Shown here: positions 41,714-51,532 of the stretch, one piece after another
How the letters are laid out: the number at the start of each line of letters is the position of its first letter
Numbering within the stretch: the stretch's first letter is position 1
Assembly (NCBI GenBank): GCA_963705105.1
Contig: CAVPIW010000005.1
Span: 448,001-512,000 of the forward strand
Direction: 5' to 3'
DNA: 64,000 nucleotides
From: an uncultured Nitrospiraceae bacterium
GTDB lineage: Bacteria; Nitrospirota; Thermodesulfovibrionia; Thermodesulfovibrionales; Dissulfurispiraceae
The notes under the pieces: model-generated
The model's input: the letters and a program-made list of their open reading frames with translations, nothing else
Told to the model about the DNA's origin: nothing
Databases searched by the model: none
Made by a program: the position numbers and the translations under genes

Positions 41714-42376
41714 TCATAATCGCCCCGCTTCAAGAAAACTGAAATACCCACTGCGGTTAAAAATAATGTGATCCAAAAGGGCAATCCCCATGATCTCGCC
41801 CGCTGATTTGAGCTGCTTCGTCACCTCAACGTCTGATGCAGAAGGTTCAAGACCGCCGGATGGATGATTGTGCGCGACGATGATCGCTGAAGCGCGGTCC
41901 GACAATGCATCTGCGAAAACTTCTCGTGGATGAACGGGCGTCCGGTCGATCAAGCCTATGGACACGACCCTGATATTCAGAATCTCATTAGCTCCGTTGA
42001 TACTGGCGCACAAGAAGTGTTCCTGTTTTCGATCCGCGAAGTGTCGGACGTGCGGGAGCAGATCCGCTGGCGTCTCGATCTTCGCGCCTTCCGGTTTGAT
42101 CCACCGACGAGCGAACTCTAACGCGGCAAGAATCAACCCTGCTTTAGCGGAACCAACGCCATCAAATTTGATGAGATCTTCGACCTGTACGGTCAACCCC
42201 TTCTCATCGATGACTTTCGCCACTTTGCCTGCCAACGTCATCACATCCGTTCCTGCCGTGCCCTTGCCCAGCAGCACTGCCAAGAGTTCCTGGTCGCTCA
42301 ACGAAGCGGCACCTTTGCGAATCAGTTTTTCACGTGGGCGGTCCTGCTCGGGGATATCGTTAATCCTTTTCGTCAT
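41714..42376 (-). CDS. radC: RadC family JAB-domain protein
   Basis: PREKL...G...LSD.ELLA, VHPREVF, HNHPSG..EPS..D, LLDHII. Confidence 0.93.
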   Translation of the reverse strand: MTKRINDIPEQDRPREKLIRKGAASLSDQELLAVLLGKGTAGTDVMTLAGKVAKVIDEKGLTVQVEDLIKFDGVGSAKAGLILAALEFARRWIKPEGAKIETPADLLPHVRHFADRKQEHFLCASINGANEILNIRVVSIGLIDRTPVHPREVFADALSDRASAIIVAHNHPSGGLEPSASDVEVTKQLKSAGEIMGIALLDHIIFNRSGYFSFLEAGRL

Positions 42377-42380
42377 AGTG

Positions 42381-43202
42381 TTATGCCGCGGCAGATAGAT
42401 GCGTTTGAATGACTGTCACGGCCATTATGTCAAAGATCCCACCTGAGTCGGTGTACTTTGGGTCAGCCAACTCCTCGTATCGGCCAAGGTCGTTGTAGGA
42501 GACCTGTATCTCCCCGTTCACCTGGTTCCGATAGGCGCTCTCCAGATAGATTACGTCTTGACGATGTGCCTGAACGGTACTGCGTATCTCAGGATCAGCC
42601 ACCTTCTGCTCTGTAACTTGCTTGATGTAAAGGGCCTCTTCGTCGCTAATGGAGTATTTGGCTCGAATCTCGCCTATCATGTCCAGTATTGAGACTTTCT
42701 TGGGAGGTGGCCCGCTCCCCTTCTTGCCACCCCCGGGCCTGAGCTTGACCTCTCCGCCAGTGCCCCTCACCTCACCCTGAAACTTCACGGCCGCCTTTAC
42801 CACCTCAGTCTGGCGTATCTGCCTCATCAATTCTGAGACACTGCCCAGCTTGATCAACTGCGGGCCCACATATTCCGCGAACGTCACGAACTCCTTGATC
42901 TCTTCAGAGTAGGTGAAGAAGCAGGTCAGGAAGTAAAAACTCTTCACGAGCCTATCCAGCAGGTAAACAAAAGCTTTCCGGTCTTCAAGCGATCTGAGTC
43001 TCTCTTGGAACCGTACCCGCAAGCCGTTCACTGCGAACTGCACCTGGGCGTCTGTTCCCGTGGCTGCGAGCCTTACAAAGTCACGGGCGTCATCCTGCCT
43101 GAACACGCCAACTGCCAGAACCTCCGCATGTAACTTTATGCATAGCGCCGGGTTCGGTTCGTCAGGCTCGAAGGGCGTACCTTTGCGGTACTTGGCGAAG
43201 GC
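42381..43202 (-). pseudogene. hsdR: C-terminal fragment of a type I restriction subunit R
   Basis: The frame stays open upstream of 43106 (AFAKYRKGTPFEPDEP...), resembling the post-helicase HsdR region; no helicase motifs or proper start. Confidence 0.55.
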
Positions 43203-43420
43203 GCACCCAACACGCAGAAAACGCTTGGCAAGATAGCTGCCGTTGGCAACTGGCGCAGAATGAGAGGCTGATTCGAGCGCGGATCAATAACTGTATGACC
43301 TGAATTGGTGCCGCCGACTCGAATGGTGACACGTGCATCCATTTCTTGCGCTAAGAAATGTGCAACCTTCCCCTTCCCCTCGCCCCCAAACTGCCCGCCG
43401 ACGACTACAGTTACCGGCAT
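43136..43420 (-). pseudogene. Truncated adenylosuccinate-synthetase-like (PurA/PurZ-like) gene
   Basis: MPVTVVVGGQFGGEGKGKVAHFLA...RVGGTNSGHTV...LRQLPT; similarity ends after ~73 aa. Confidence 0.8.
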
Positions 43421-43421
43421 A

Positions 43422-45017
43422 TCATTTCCTTTCCAGATCTGGAATGATCAAATATTTCTCTTCTGGGATGCCGATTGCCTCATACCTCCCTGCCAGATAA
43501 AAGTAGCCCACTAATGCGGATGTCAACGCATCAAGTTCGTCATGAGAGATCACTTCTTTGTCAGACACGGGCTTTATCCCCATGCTCATCAGGTCGACTT
43601 CCAATGCTTTGAGGTCAATTCTCTTCCTTGGAAATCCTAAAATATCCTGTGCCGCTCCGGGGTAGCTCTCAATAACAAGCACTCCTTTGTCTTCCAGTGC
43701 CTTAGCCAGCCGCATGCCGCGGAGAGTAAGTCTTTGCATGCTCGGAATCAGACAAGGATAAACGTTGATGCCCCGGCGTTTAAGTATTCGTTCGCATTCT
43801 CTCATTATTCCATACTGCCTGCATTGGCAGGTGTCACTCGCACAATCCCGGCCCGACGGAAGACTCAGAGGAGAATCAATTGAGACAACCGCTGGATTAA
43901 CTTTTAAAGTCTCCTCGATAAGTTCTTCGTCTGTCTTTATCAGCCTCATATGTGCTTTATATCCGTCCAGAATACAGAATCCGGATGGTCTTGTTTCCGA
44001 GCCTGTTAAGTCAATGCCAACAGCAAGAGGCTTGAAGTCATTTCCCTTTACATCCTTGATAAGCACGTTCAATTTTAAGTCAGGCTTCTTTATGCGCTCC
44101 CGAATAACCCTTAGCAACGTTTTCCCTCCCCCGTGGATTTCCAGTGTCTTTTTCGACTTTCTAAGGCTGATGTCCGGAAGAACGAACTCTGATGACGGAG
44201 GGGTGGTATCGAACGCGCCACTCATATCATTGATGAAAAGGGCCTGCTGTCTGCGATCCTTGCCAATCTTTTTACAGACGTCTATTTTGATCTTCGATTC
44301 ATAGCAATAATCCATCAGTTTCTTCAGATCTGTCGTGTCATAGACGTTGTAACGGACCAAATTAGTCAACGCTTGGTCATCATCTTTGACAAATCTGTTC
44401 CATAGAACAGCCGCCTCTCGTCCATTGATTTTCTCGGTGTCCGCATCCCTCGTTATCCCAAGCTTTTTTTCAATGACTTTCAGCGGTCCTCCGATGCCAA
44501 GACTTTTCAATAAGTATCGCAAATCGATATGTATAGGCGGGATTCTGATATCAGGGAATTCTTTTCTTAAGAAGGGGATATCGAACAGCGTGCCGTTGAA
44601 CGTTATGATGATCTCAAATTTCGTGAGATATTGTCTTATTTGATCTAAATCGTTGTCTTTAACAAACAGCCTAATTCCCTCTCCGTCAAACGTCCCAATC
44701 AGCGTGATCACATCGTAATATAGGGATAGGCCAGTCGTTTCGATATCGAGAAAAACTGCTCTGTCAAAGAACTCCTTATAAAGACGCCAGTAATTTTTAA
44801 CAGGTAAATGGTCACGAAAAAAAAGAATATCTTTATCATTCAGTGCCGCCTTTGCCTTTTGAATATAGTCTAATAAAATTTTCTTTTTGGTCTTTCCGGT
44901 TCCGTTGACGCTGAGTCCTCTTTCGAAATCATCCCATGTAAAAATACCCTTCCCCCAATACGTCGCTTCTGTCTTGGGTCCGATCCCAGGAATGAATGTA
45001 AATGTATTTCGTATCAT
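43422..45017 (-). CDS. YprB-like RNase_H_2 exonuclease fused to a DUF429-like RNase H-fold nuclease
   Basis: FLDIETTGL, TFNGTLFDIPFL, HIDLR, YNVYD; then VGIDLTG, SIDSPL, IESYPGA, HDELDA. Confidence 0.8.
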   Translation of the reverse strand: MIRNTFTFIPGIGPKTEATYWGKGIFTWDDFERGLSVNGTGKTKKKILLDYIQKAKAALNDKDILFFRDHLPVKNYWRLYKEFFDRAVFLDIETTGLSLYYDVITLIGTFDGEGIRLFVKDNDLDQIRQYLTKFEIIITFNGTLFDIPFLRKEFPDIRIPPIHIDLRYLLKSLGIGGPLKVIEKKLGITRDADTEKINGREAAVLWNRFVKDDDQALTNLVRYNVYDTTDLKKLMDYCYESKIKIDVCKKIGKDRRQQALFINDMSGAFDTTPPSSEFVLPDISLRKSKKTLEIHGGGKTLLRVIRERIKKPDLKLNVLIKDVKGNDFKPLAVGIDLTGSETRPSGFCILDGYKAHMRLIKTDEELIEETLKVNPAVVSIDSPLSLPSGRDCASDTCQCRQYGIMRECERILKRRGINVYPCLIPSMQRLTLRGMRLAKALEDKGVLVIESYPGAAQDILGFPRKRIDLKALEVDLMSMGIKPVSDKEVISHDELDALTSALVGYFYLAGRYEAIGIPEEKYLIIPDLERK

Positions 45018-45364
45018 GTCTTTAACTATATTCTGCTCGGAATTATTCCGATGCTCCTGCGTACACTGTATACCGAACATCGTCCTTATGGATCCTTTGC
45101 GCTGACCGCCGACGACATCGAGACACCTGGCGTCAGGTGGCGAAAAGAGACCCCAAGTTAAGATATATCATATTATCAGGGACTTCTCTCTTCTTGTCGG
45201 ATCAACAATTAACACGAATTATAATAGAAAACAAGAATTCTTTCACCTTCCCGTTTGAACGCGATGAAAAATATGAAGATGGTTTCCCAAAGACTGGACC
45301 GACAGGGGATTGAGACATGGGTTATCACAACCCTTCAGTTCTTATGCAAATCATTTGACGGAGT

Positions 45365-46768
45365 CTACTTGCCGATACAGAAATCGCTGAAGATGCGGCT
45401 GAGGATGTCCTCGGTCGTCACGGCGCCCACAATCTCCCCGAGATGATCGAGGGCCTCACGGATGAGCAGTGCCGTCACCTCCAGAGGCTCGTTGCCGGTG
45501 ATGGAGGCGCGGGCATCTTCCAGGGACCGGAGTGCCCCGTCGATAGACTCCTTGTGGCGGAGGTTCGTTACAAGGGCGCTTTCCGGGTCAGGGAGCCCTT
45601 TGTCCGAAAGGCACCGTTCGCAGATTGCGTCCCTGAGCGTTTCGATGCCCGATCCCGTCAGGGCCGAAACCCTGACGACCGGCAAAGGGATGGTCCCGCC
45701 GGCGAAACGGCCGATGGCGTTGAGATTGAAGTCAGCGCTTTCAATATCGGTTTTATTGACGACGAGGATCGTTCTCTTTCCGTTCACCCTGCCGACCAGC
45801 TCCATATCTGCATCGTCGATCGGTCTGCCCGCGTCGATGACAGCAAGGACAAGGTCCGCCCCTTCGATCGCCTTCAGGCTCCTCCTGACGCCCTCGCTTT
45901 CGGCAAGGTCATGGGTCTCCCGTATCCCTGCCGTGTCCATGATCCGGAGGGGGAGGCCCTGCACGTTCAGGTACTCCTCGATGACGTCCCTCGTTGTCCC
46001 CGGTTGTTCCGTGACGATCGCGCGGTCCCTCTGCAGGAGCACATTCAGAAGTGATGACTTCCCGACATTCGGCTTCCCGACGATGGCCGTCGAGACGCCC
46101 TCCCTGAAATAGCGTCCCTCGTCATGCCCTTTGGAAAGTCGGGTCAGGACTAACGAGATGTCATCGAGGGTCGTGACCATGCCGCTTTTGGTCATTTCCT
46201 CCAGGTCCTCCTCGGGAAAGTCGATGCATGCCTCGACATGGGCGCAAAGGTCAGCGAGCCGGTCCCTCAACGCCGTTATCTCACGGGAGAGCATACCCCC
46301 GAGCTGACTGAGGGCGATCTGCCTGGAACGTTCCGTTTTCGCCCGTATCACGTCGATGACGGCTTCGGCCTGTGCGAGGTCGATCCTGCCGTTCAGGAAG
46401 GCCCTTTTCGTAAATTCTCCCGGCTCGGCCAGACGGGCCCCCTCGTTGAGGACGAGAGCGAGCGTACGCCGGAGCGCAACCATACCGCCATGGCAGTTGA
46501 TCTCCGTTATGTCCTCACGTGTATAGGTCTGCGGCGCCCTCATGACGGAGACGAGCACCTCGTCGACAGGGTCCCCCGTTCCGGGGTCACGGATGAAACC
46601 GTAGAGGATTCGGCGGGATGCGGCACGATGGAGGGATACGCTCCCCGGCGAGGAGAAGAGGCGGTCGGCGATCTCTATGGCCCGTGGACCGCTAATGCGC
46701 ACGATCCCTATGCCTCCCTCGCCCTGGGGAGTCGATATCGCTGCTATGGTGTCATCGGGGAAATGCAT
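45365..46768 (-). CDS. mnmE: tRNA modification GTPase MnmE
   Basis: DTIAAISTP.G.GGIG, GKPNVGKSS, DTAG, FCIGK end. Confidence 0.98.
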   Translation of the reverse strand: MHFPDDTIAAISTPQGEGGIGIVRISGPRAIEIADRLFSSPGSVSLHRAASRRILYGFIRDPGTGDPVDEVLVSVMRAPQTYTREDITEINCHGGMVALRRTLALVLNEGARLAEPGEFTKRAFLNGRIDLAQAEAVIDVIRAKTERSRQIALSQLGGMLSREITALRDRLADLCAHVEACIDFPEEDLEEMTKSGMVTTLDDISLVLTRLSKGHDEGRYFREGVSTAIVGKPNVGKSSLLNVLLQRDRAIVTEQPGTTRDVIEEYLNVQGLPLRIMDTAGIRETHDLAESEGVRRSLKAIEGADLVLAVIDAGRPIDDADMELVGRVNGKRTILVVNKTDIESADFNLNAIGRFAGGTIPLPVVRVSALTGSGIETLRDAICERCLSDKGLPDPESALVTNLRHKESIDGALRSLEDARASITGNEPLEVTALLIREALDHLGEIVGAVTTEDILSRIFSDFCIGK

Positions 46769-46804
46769 GCACGGTCAGGGCTGTCGTCGCCCGGGGAGCC
46801 GCCG

Positions 46805-48367
46805 TCAGGACAATGCTGCGGCTGATTCCCTCGCAATCTTTTTGTTGATGTAATACTGCTGGCCGATGCCGAGTATGTTGTTGATCAGCCAATAGAGGAC
46901 GAGCCCGGAGGGGAAGCTGATGAAAAGAAAGGTGAAGACAATGGGCATGACGAGCATGATCTTCTGCTGCACGGGGTCCATGGTGGAGGGCGTCATCTTC
47001 TGCTGGATGACCATGGTGACGCCCATGATGATCGGCAGGACGTAATAGGGGTCCTTGGACGAAAGGTCCTGGATCCAGCCCACGAAAGGAGCGCCCCTGA
47101 GCTCGATGGCGATGGAGAGGATCGTATAGAGGGCGAAGAAGACGGGGATCTGGACGATCATGGGCAGGCAGCCGCTCACGGGGTTCACCTTGTACTTCTT
47201 GTAAAGCTCCATGAGCTCCTTCTGCATCTTCTGGGGGTCGTTCTTGTACTTCTCTCTCACCTCGGTCATTTTGGGCTGCATGTCCTGCATCTTCTTCATG
47301 GACTTCTGCCCCATGTTGACGAGGGGAATGAAGGGGATCCTGACCAGAACGGTGAGCACGGTAATCGCGATGCCGTAATTGTGGAAGGTGTAATAGAACT
47401 GTTTCAGGACCCAGAACAGGGGGATCGCGAGGATCGAGAAGAAACCGAAATCGATGATGTGCTCGAGGCCGAACCCCGCCTGCTGAAGCCGGTCATGCTC
47501 TTTCGGTCCCACGTACAGGAAATAGTCGTTGCTCCCCGCAGCCGCCCTGACCGCCGCGAGCGCATGGCCGTCCCTGTTCCATACCCGTGCCTCCTCGATC
47601 TTCGTCTTCGGGACGAGGGAGGCAAAGAAGTACTTGTCTTCCTGGGCGATCCACTTGAGGCCTTCTTTGAAGTACTTCGGCTCCTTCAGGTCCTTGACGG
47701 TGAATTCCTTTCTGTCCGCGTCTTTCAGCAGAACGGGGCCGAAGTGCACGGAATCGTCCTTCTCATGGATGCCGAAATCCTTTCCGAGTGTAATCCAGTA
47801 GGACGGCGGTCCCGTCACCTCGTCCTTGAGGTCGATGCCGTACCTTCCATAATGGAAGGTATATGTTCTGCGTACGGAGATCCCTCCGCCGGAGTATTCA
47901 AAGGTGACAGAATGGGCCTGAGCGGCTGCCGTAAGTTTTGCGTCGCTTCCCCGGACGGCGAAGAGGGCTCCCGCAAACTGGAATGTTTCGTCCAGCCCGA
48001 GGGCATAGGGAGGCAGCGCATTGTCGGCCTTCAAAACGGTAGGATTTCCCTTCTGGTCCTTGTACTGTTTCAGTTCGACGCTCTTCAGCGCACCGCCCCG
48101 GCTGCTCAGAACGGCCGTATAGAGATCGCTGTCTATGCGGATTTCTTTTTCCTCGCCCTTCGTGTCCGCCGTCACGGCGACCGGTTTCCGGACCTCTGCG
48201 GGCGCCTTTGCAGGATCTCCCCCGCTGTCCTTCGCCTTGCCGTCAGGCTGCGGCGACGACGGGGGGCTCTCCTGCTGCGGCGTCTGAGGCGTCGGCATGA
48301 AAAAAAACTGGTAGGAAATCAGGACGATAAGAGACAGCACAATGGCCGTCAGCATCCGCTTATCCAC
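46805..48367 (-). CDS. yidC: Membrane protein insertase YidC
   Basis: NP.SGCLPM..QIPVFFALY, PSGLVLYW. Confidence 0.97.
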   Translation of the reverse strand: MDKRMLTAIVLSLIVLISYQFFFMPTPQTPQQESPPSSPQPDGKAKDSGGDPAKAPAEVRKPVAVTADTKGEEKEIRIDSDLYTAVLSSRGGALKSVELKQYKDQKGNPTVLKADNALPPYALGLDETFQFAGALFAVRGSDAKLTAAAQAHSVTFEYSGGGISVRRTYTFHYGRYGIDLKDEVTGPPSYWITLGKDFGIHEKDDSVHFGPVLLKDADRKEFTVKDLKEPKYFKEGLKWIAQEDKYFFASLVPKTKIEEARVWNRDGHALAAVRAAAGSNDYFLYVGPKEHDRLQQAGFGLEHIIDFGFFSILAIPLFWVLKQFYYTFHNYGIAITVLTVLVRIPFIPLVNMGQKSMKKMQDMQPKMTEVREKYKNDPQKMQKELMELYKKYKVNPVSGCLPMIVQIPVFFALYTILSIAIELRGAPFVGWIQDLSSKDPYYVLPIIMGVTMVIQQKMTPSTMDPVQQKIMLVMPIVFTFLFISFPSGLVLYWLINNILGIGQQYYINKKIARESAAALS

Positions 48368-48384
48368 TTTTCATCTCCTCGCTT

Positions 48385-48594
48385 TCATGGAACGGGATCG
48401 ACCCCGCCTGGATGGAACGGATGACACTTTGCTATTCTCTTCACTGAAAGGGAAAGCCCTCTCAGTGCCCCGTGCGTGCTGATCGCCTCGATGCTGTACA
48501 GTGAACAGGATGGTATGAACCTGCAGTGTGAACCGAGCAGCGGGGACAGGAAGTAGCGATAGATCCTGATGAGAACGATAAGTAGTGTCTTCAC
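48385..48594 (-). CDS. yidD: Membrane protein insertion efficiency factor YidD
   Basis: [25 protein letters not shown]. Confidence 0.95.
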   Translation of the reverse strand: MKTLLIVLIRIYRYFLSPLLGSHCRFIPSCSLYSIEAISTHGALRGLSLSVKRIAKCHPFHPGGVDPVP

Positions 48595-48614
48595 AGGTTA
48601 TATGCGGCGGAGAA

Positions 48615-48755
48615 TCACGCGGACAGACGCTTCCTGCCTTTCGCCCGCCTGTTTTTCAGAACCCTCCTGCCGCCGCTGCTGCTCATGCGGCACAGAAAAC
48701 CGTGGTTCTTTTTCCTCCTCCGCTTGTGGGGATTATACGTTGTATATGTGCCCAT
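48615..48755 (-). CDS. rpmH: 50S ribosomal protein L34 (absent from the ORF track)
   Basis: [54 protein letters not shown]. Confidence 0.95.
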   Translation of the reverse strand: MGTYTTYNPHKRRRKKNHGFLCRMSSSGGRRVLKNRRAKGRKRLSA

Positions 48756-48787
48756 GACAAAACCTCCCGGGAAAATGTAAAAACAAC

Positions 48788-48817
48788 ATTATACGGCTGA
48801 CAAGCCGGCCCTGTCAA
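48788..48817 (-). promoter_or_regulatory. Consensus sigma70 promoter of the rpmH operon
   Basis: TTGACA-18 nt-TATAAT on the minus strand. Confidence 0.75.
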
Positions 48818-48832
48818 TCAGGCGACTGACCC

Positions 48833-49957
48833 TCAGGGCTTCCAGTGCTCCTCGAACTTCCCCGACCTTGTGATCCACACCACATAGGGGGCATGCGCCA
48901 CATCCCCGTTGGAGGCAAACCTGATTATGCCGTGGGAGCCGGGGAATTCCATGGAGTGGATCTTGTCGGCAACTGCCCTTCCATCAGGCACGGACGCCGC
49001 CTTAAGGGCGGTGAGGAGCACCTGCGCGGCATCGTAGGCATAGAGCGAGTAGGGGCCCGGTTCCCCGAACTTTTCCCTGTATTTCTTTATGACATCACCG
49101 GCTTGTCCGTTTTCCCGGGGCGACGGGCCGAAGGTGAGAAAGGTGCCTTCAGCGGCCTTCTCGCCTGCAATCTCCACGAATTTTGTGTCGATGACGCCGT
49201 CTCCGCTCATCAGGGGGGTGGTGAAAGAAATCTCCCTGGCCTGTTTGACGATAAGACCTGCATCCGCATAGATGCCGCCGAAATACAGGAGGTCCGGACT
49301 GGCCTGTTTCACCGAGGTCAGGACGGTCTTGAAATCCTTATCGCCGCGGGTGATGCCGCCGTAGTAAACGATCTCTGCATATCCGCCGATGTGGGAGCGA
49401 AAGAAATCGGCCAGCCCCTGGCCGTATGTCGTCTTGTCGTGAATGACTGCGACCCGCTTCGCCCTGAGCCGTGTCCTGACGAAGTCGGCGGCCACTCTCC
49501 CCTGCTGGTCGTCGGTGCCGCAGACCCTGAATATCCCTTTATAGCCGCGACCGGTGAGGAGCGGGTTCGTGGAAGCGGGAGTGATCATGGGGATGCCGGC
49601 GCGATTGTAGACGTCCGAGGCCGGTATAGAGCAGCTCGAGTTGAAGTGACCGATGACACCGGTGACGCCCTCGTTGACCAGTTTATTGGCCACCGCCACG
49701 GCCTGTTTCGGGTCTGACTGATCGTCATCGGCGACAACGACGATTTTCTTGCCGAACAATCCGCCTCTGCCGTTCCATTCCTCGGCGGCGAGGGAGACGC
49801 CGTTCCTCATATCGGCGCCCATCTTTGCGTCAGGGCCCGTCATAGGTCCCGCCACGCCGATCCTGATAGTCTCCTCTCCTTTTGAACATCCGGCAAGGAT
49901 GATCAGGCAAAACAAAAAGACAGTCATTGCGGGGAATCCCCTCAGCATATTCAGCAT
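48833..49957 (-). CDS. Branched-chain amino acid ABC substrate-binding lipoprotein (LivJ/K-like)
   Basis: Lipobox LAGC; IGVAGPMTG, DD.SDP..A, GHFNSS. Confidence 0.9.
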   Translation of the reverse strand: MLNMLRGFPAMTVFLFCLIILAGCSKGEETIRIGVAGPMTGPDAKMGADMRNGVSLAAEEWNGRGGLFGKKIVVVADDDQSDPKQAVAVANKLVNEGVTGVIGHFNSSCSIPASDVYNRAGIPMITPASTNPLLTGRGYKGIFRVCGTDDQQGRVAADFVRTRLRAKRVAVIHDKTTYGQGLADFFRSHIGGYAEIVYYGGITRGDKDFKTVLTSVKQASPDLLYFGGIYADAGLIVKQAREISFTTPLMSGDGVIDTKFVEIAGEKAAEGTFLTFGPSPRENGQAGDVIKKYREKFGEPGPYSLYAYDAAQVLLTALKAASVPDGRAVADKIHSMEFPGSHGIIRFASNGDVAHAPYVVWITRSGKFEEHWKP

Positions 49958-50227
49958 CGCATCTCCTTTCGTATCGGAGTCGTGAAGCTCAGAAATACGA
50001 CGATTCCGCCACGTACAGTTGTATTGTAGCGCATATGGCATCTCTTCCGCCGCATTATACGTGGCCGAAATGCAGGGTGACGTTGATCACGGCCCCCTCA
50101 ATTTATAAAGTTTGCTCCTCTATTCTTCGATAACAATAGTGAGGTTTCCGCGGGCGCCTTGCGTGCGGACCCGCATGCTCCTCGCCGGGGAAAGAGGTCT
50201 CCCGGATTACGGCACAATGCGAGAAGA

Positions 50228-51097
50228 ATGGAAAAGATCTATTCGGTGATAAATAACGCCCGGCACGACGACGGGGTGCTGTTTCTCGTTACGCCTCGTG
50301 ATTGCCTCATCGAGGCCCAGATTTACGGCAGGATCATCATCCAGTGCAAGTCGAGGGCCCTCTCCCCTGATGACATCTATGAGACGATCAGGAAGGGGAC
50401 CATTCGGGAGGCAAACATGGTCAAGGCGGATGTGGATCCGAACGGTGTCGATCCCTCCGTCATCTCCCGCACCCTGCCGGAGGCTGCACGTTACGTCTTT
50501 AAGCCGGGCGATCCCGATGCGCTGAAACCCGCCAAACTTGTGTCACTTCTGACATGCCTGGCCCGTTCGGAGGAAGGCGAAGGCGCCGATGCCTGCCGGA
50601 CTTTCGTTCAGGAAATAGAAAGGGTTTTCCCCGGCTTTTCCTATGACTGCGGCGTCATCCAGAGAAGGCTCAGGAAGCTGGAAGATGACTACGGCATAAC
50701 CCTGCATTCACCGAACCTGCCATCTGACAAAGCCAAAGTGCCCGGATGGATAGACATGAACGCCAGAAGCATCGATGATGACTCGATCAGGATGCTCGTC
50801 ATCTGTGCGCTCTTTTTCGGAGACGGTACGGAGCAGGTCAAAAATACGGAGGTGAGGCGGGATTCCAGTCTCGGAGCAAAACGAGGCTGTGCCAGGCTGT
50901 CGAACCTTCACTATAAGGCTAACATGGCCAGCAACAAGGTATGCATATTCAGGGGATTGAAGAGGCTGGGAGAGATGCAGATACGATGGGTCTCGGAACA
51001 AAAGCCCGAGATATTTATAACGAAGTCCGATCTCGAGGTGATCGGGATCGACAACGGAGACCGTGTAAATCTCGTTTTCCATGGAGAAAGGAGGTAG
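50228..51097 (+). CDS. Hypothetical protein upstream of pilB
   Basis: Long ORF coupled to the next gene; no recognised motif. Confidence 0.6.
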   Translation: MEKIYSVINNARHDDGVLFLVTPRDCLIEAQIYGRIIIQCKSRALSPDDIYETIRKGTIREANMVKADVDPNGVDPSVISRTLPEAARYVFKPGDPDALKPAKLVSLLTCLARSEEGEGADACRTFVQEIERVFPGFSYDCGVIQRRLRKLEDDYGITLHSPNLPSDKAKVPGWIDMNARSIDDDSIRMLVICALFFGDGTEQVKNTEVRRDSSLGAKRGCARLSNLHYKANMASNKVCIFRGLKRLGEMQIRWVSEQKPEIFITKSDLEVIGIDNGDRVNLVFHGERR

Positions 51098-51099
51098 TC

Positions 51100-51336
51100 A
51101 TGAAATTGGAGCTGATGACCATTGTGAACCTGGCGTTCTGCCTCGTCATCCTTTTGCTGGGGCTGAGGAGGTACCGCCAGTCGGGTGTAAGGGCCTTTAT
51201 CTTCATCGGCCTCGGTTTTCTCATGTATGGCGTTTCCCATTTTTCCCTGCTCATGGGCTGGGACCACATCAAGACCGCCCTCGTCGCCGTGAGAAGCGCG
51301 GGGTACATTCTCGTCATACTGGGACTGCTGGTGTAG
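51100..51336 (+). CDS. Small 3-TM membrane protein
   Basis: RBS AGGAGG; hydrophobic, YGVSHF motif. Confidence 0.65.
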   Translation: MKLELMTIVNLAFCLVILLLGLRRYRQSGVRAFIFIGLGFLMYGVSHFSLLMGWDHIKTALVAVRSAGYILVILGLLV

Positions 51337-51532
51337 TCGGCATTGGCGCCCGCCTTTTTTCTGTCGGATGCCCGGTCAGGCTGCAACGGCTGCATGGTCA
51401 GATAAAAACGAAAGACAGGAGGATTATACAGAAGAGCAGTGATTCCGGCCCTGACGAATCAGGGCACGCTGTACGGATCCGTCAGTATCGGATCCCCGTT
51501 CGCCCGGACATCCCTCTTCGGTTCAAGCGCGT

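Larger units (their letters stand above)
39780..45360. mobile_element. Degenerate genomic/defence island downstream of mnmE
   Basis: Visibly AT-richer; contains radC, an hsdR remnant, nuclease genes and truncated ORFs; no integrase or att duplication seen. Confidence 0.65.

Noticed and set aside
43136..43420. Calling this housekeeping purA or a functional purZ
   Set aside because: It is truncated at ~73 homologous residues and has Gly, neither Asp nor Ser, at the diagnostic site.
50163..50178. gtgcggacccgcatgc resembling group II intron domain V
   Set aside because: Only a 16-nt match; the catalytic-triad stem and DVI cannot be formed.
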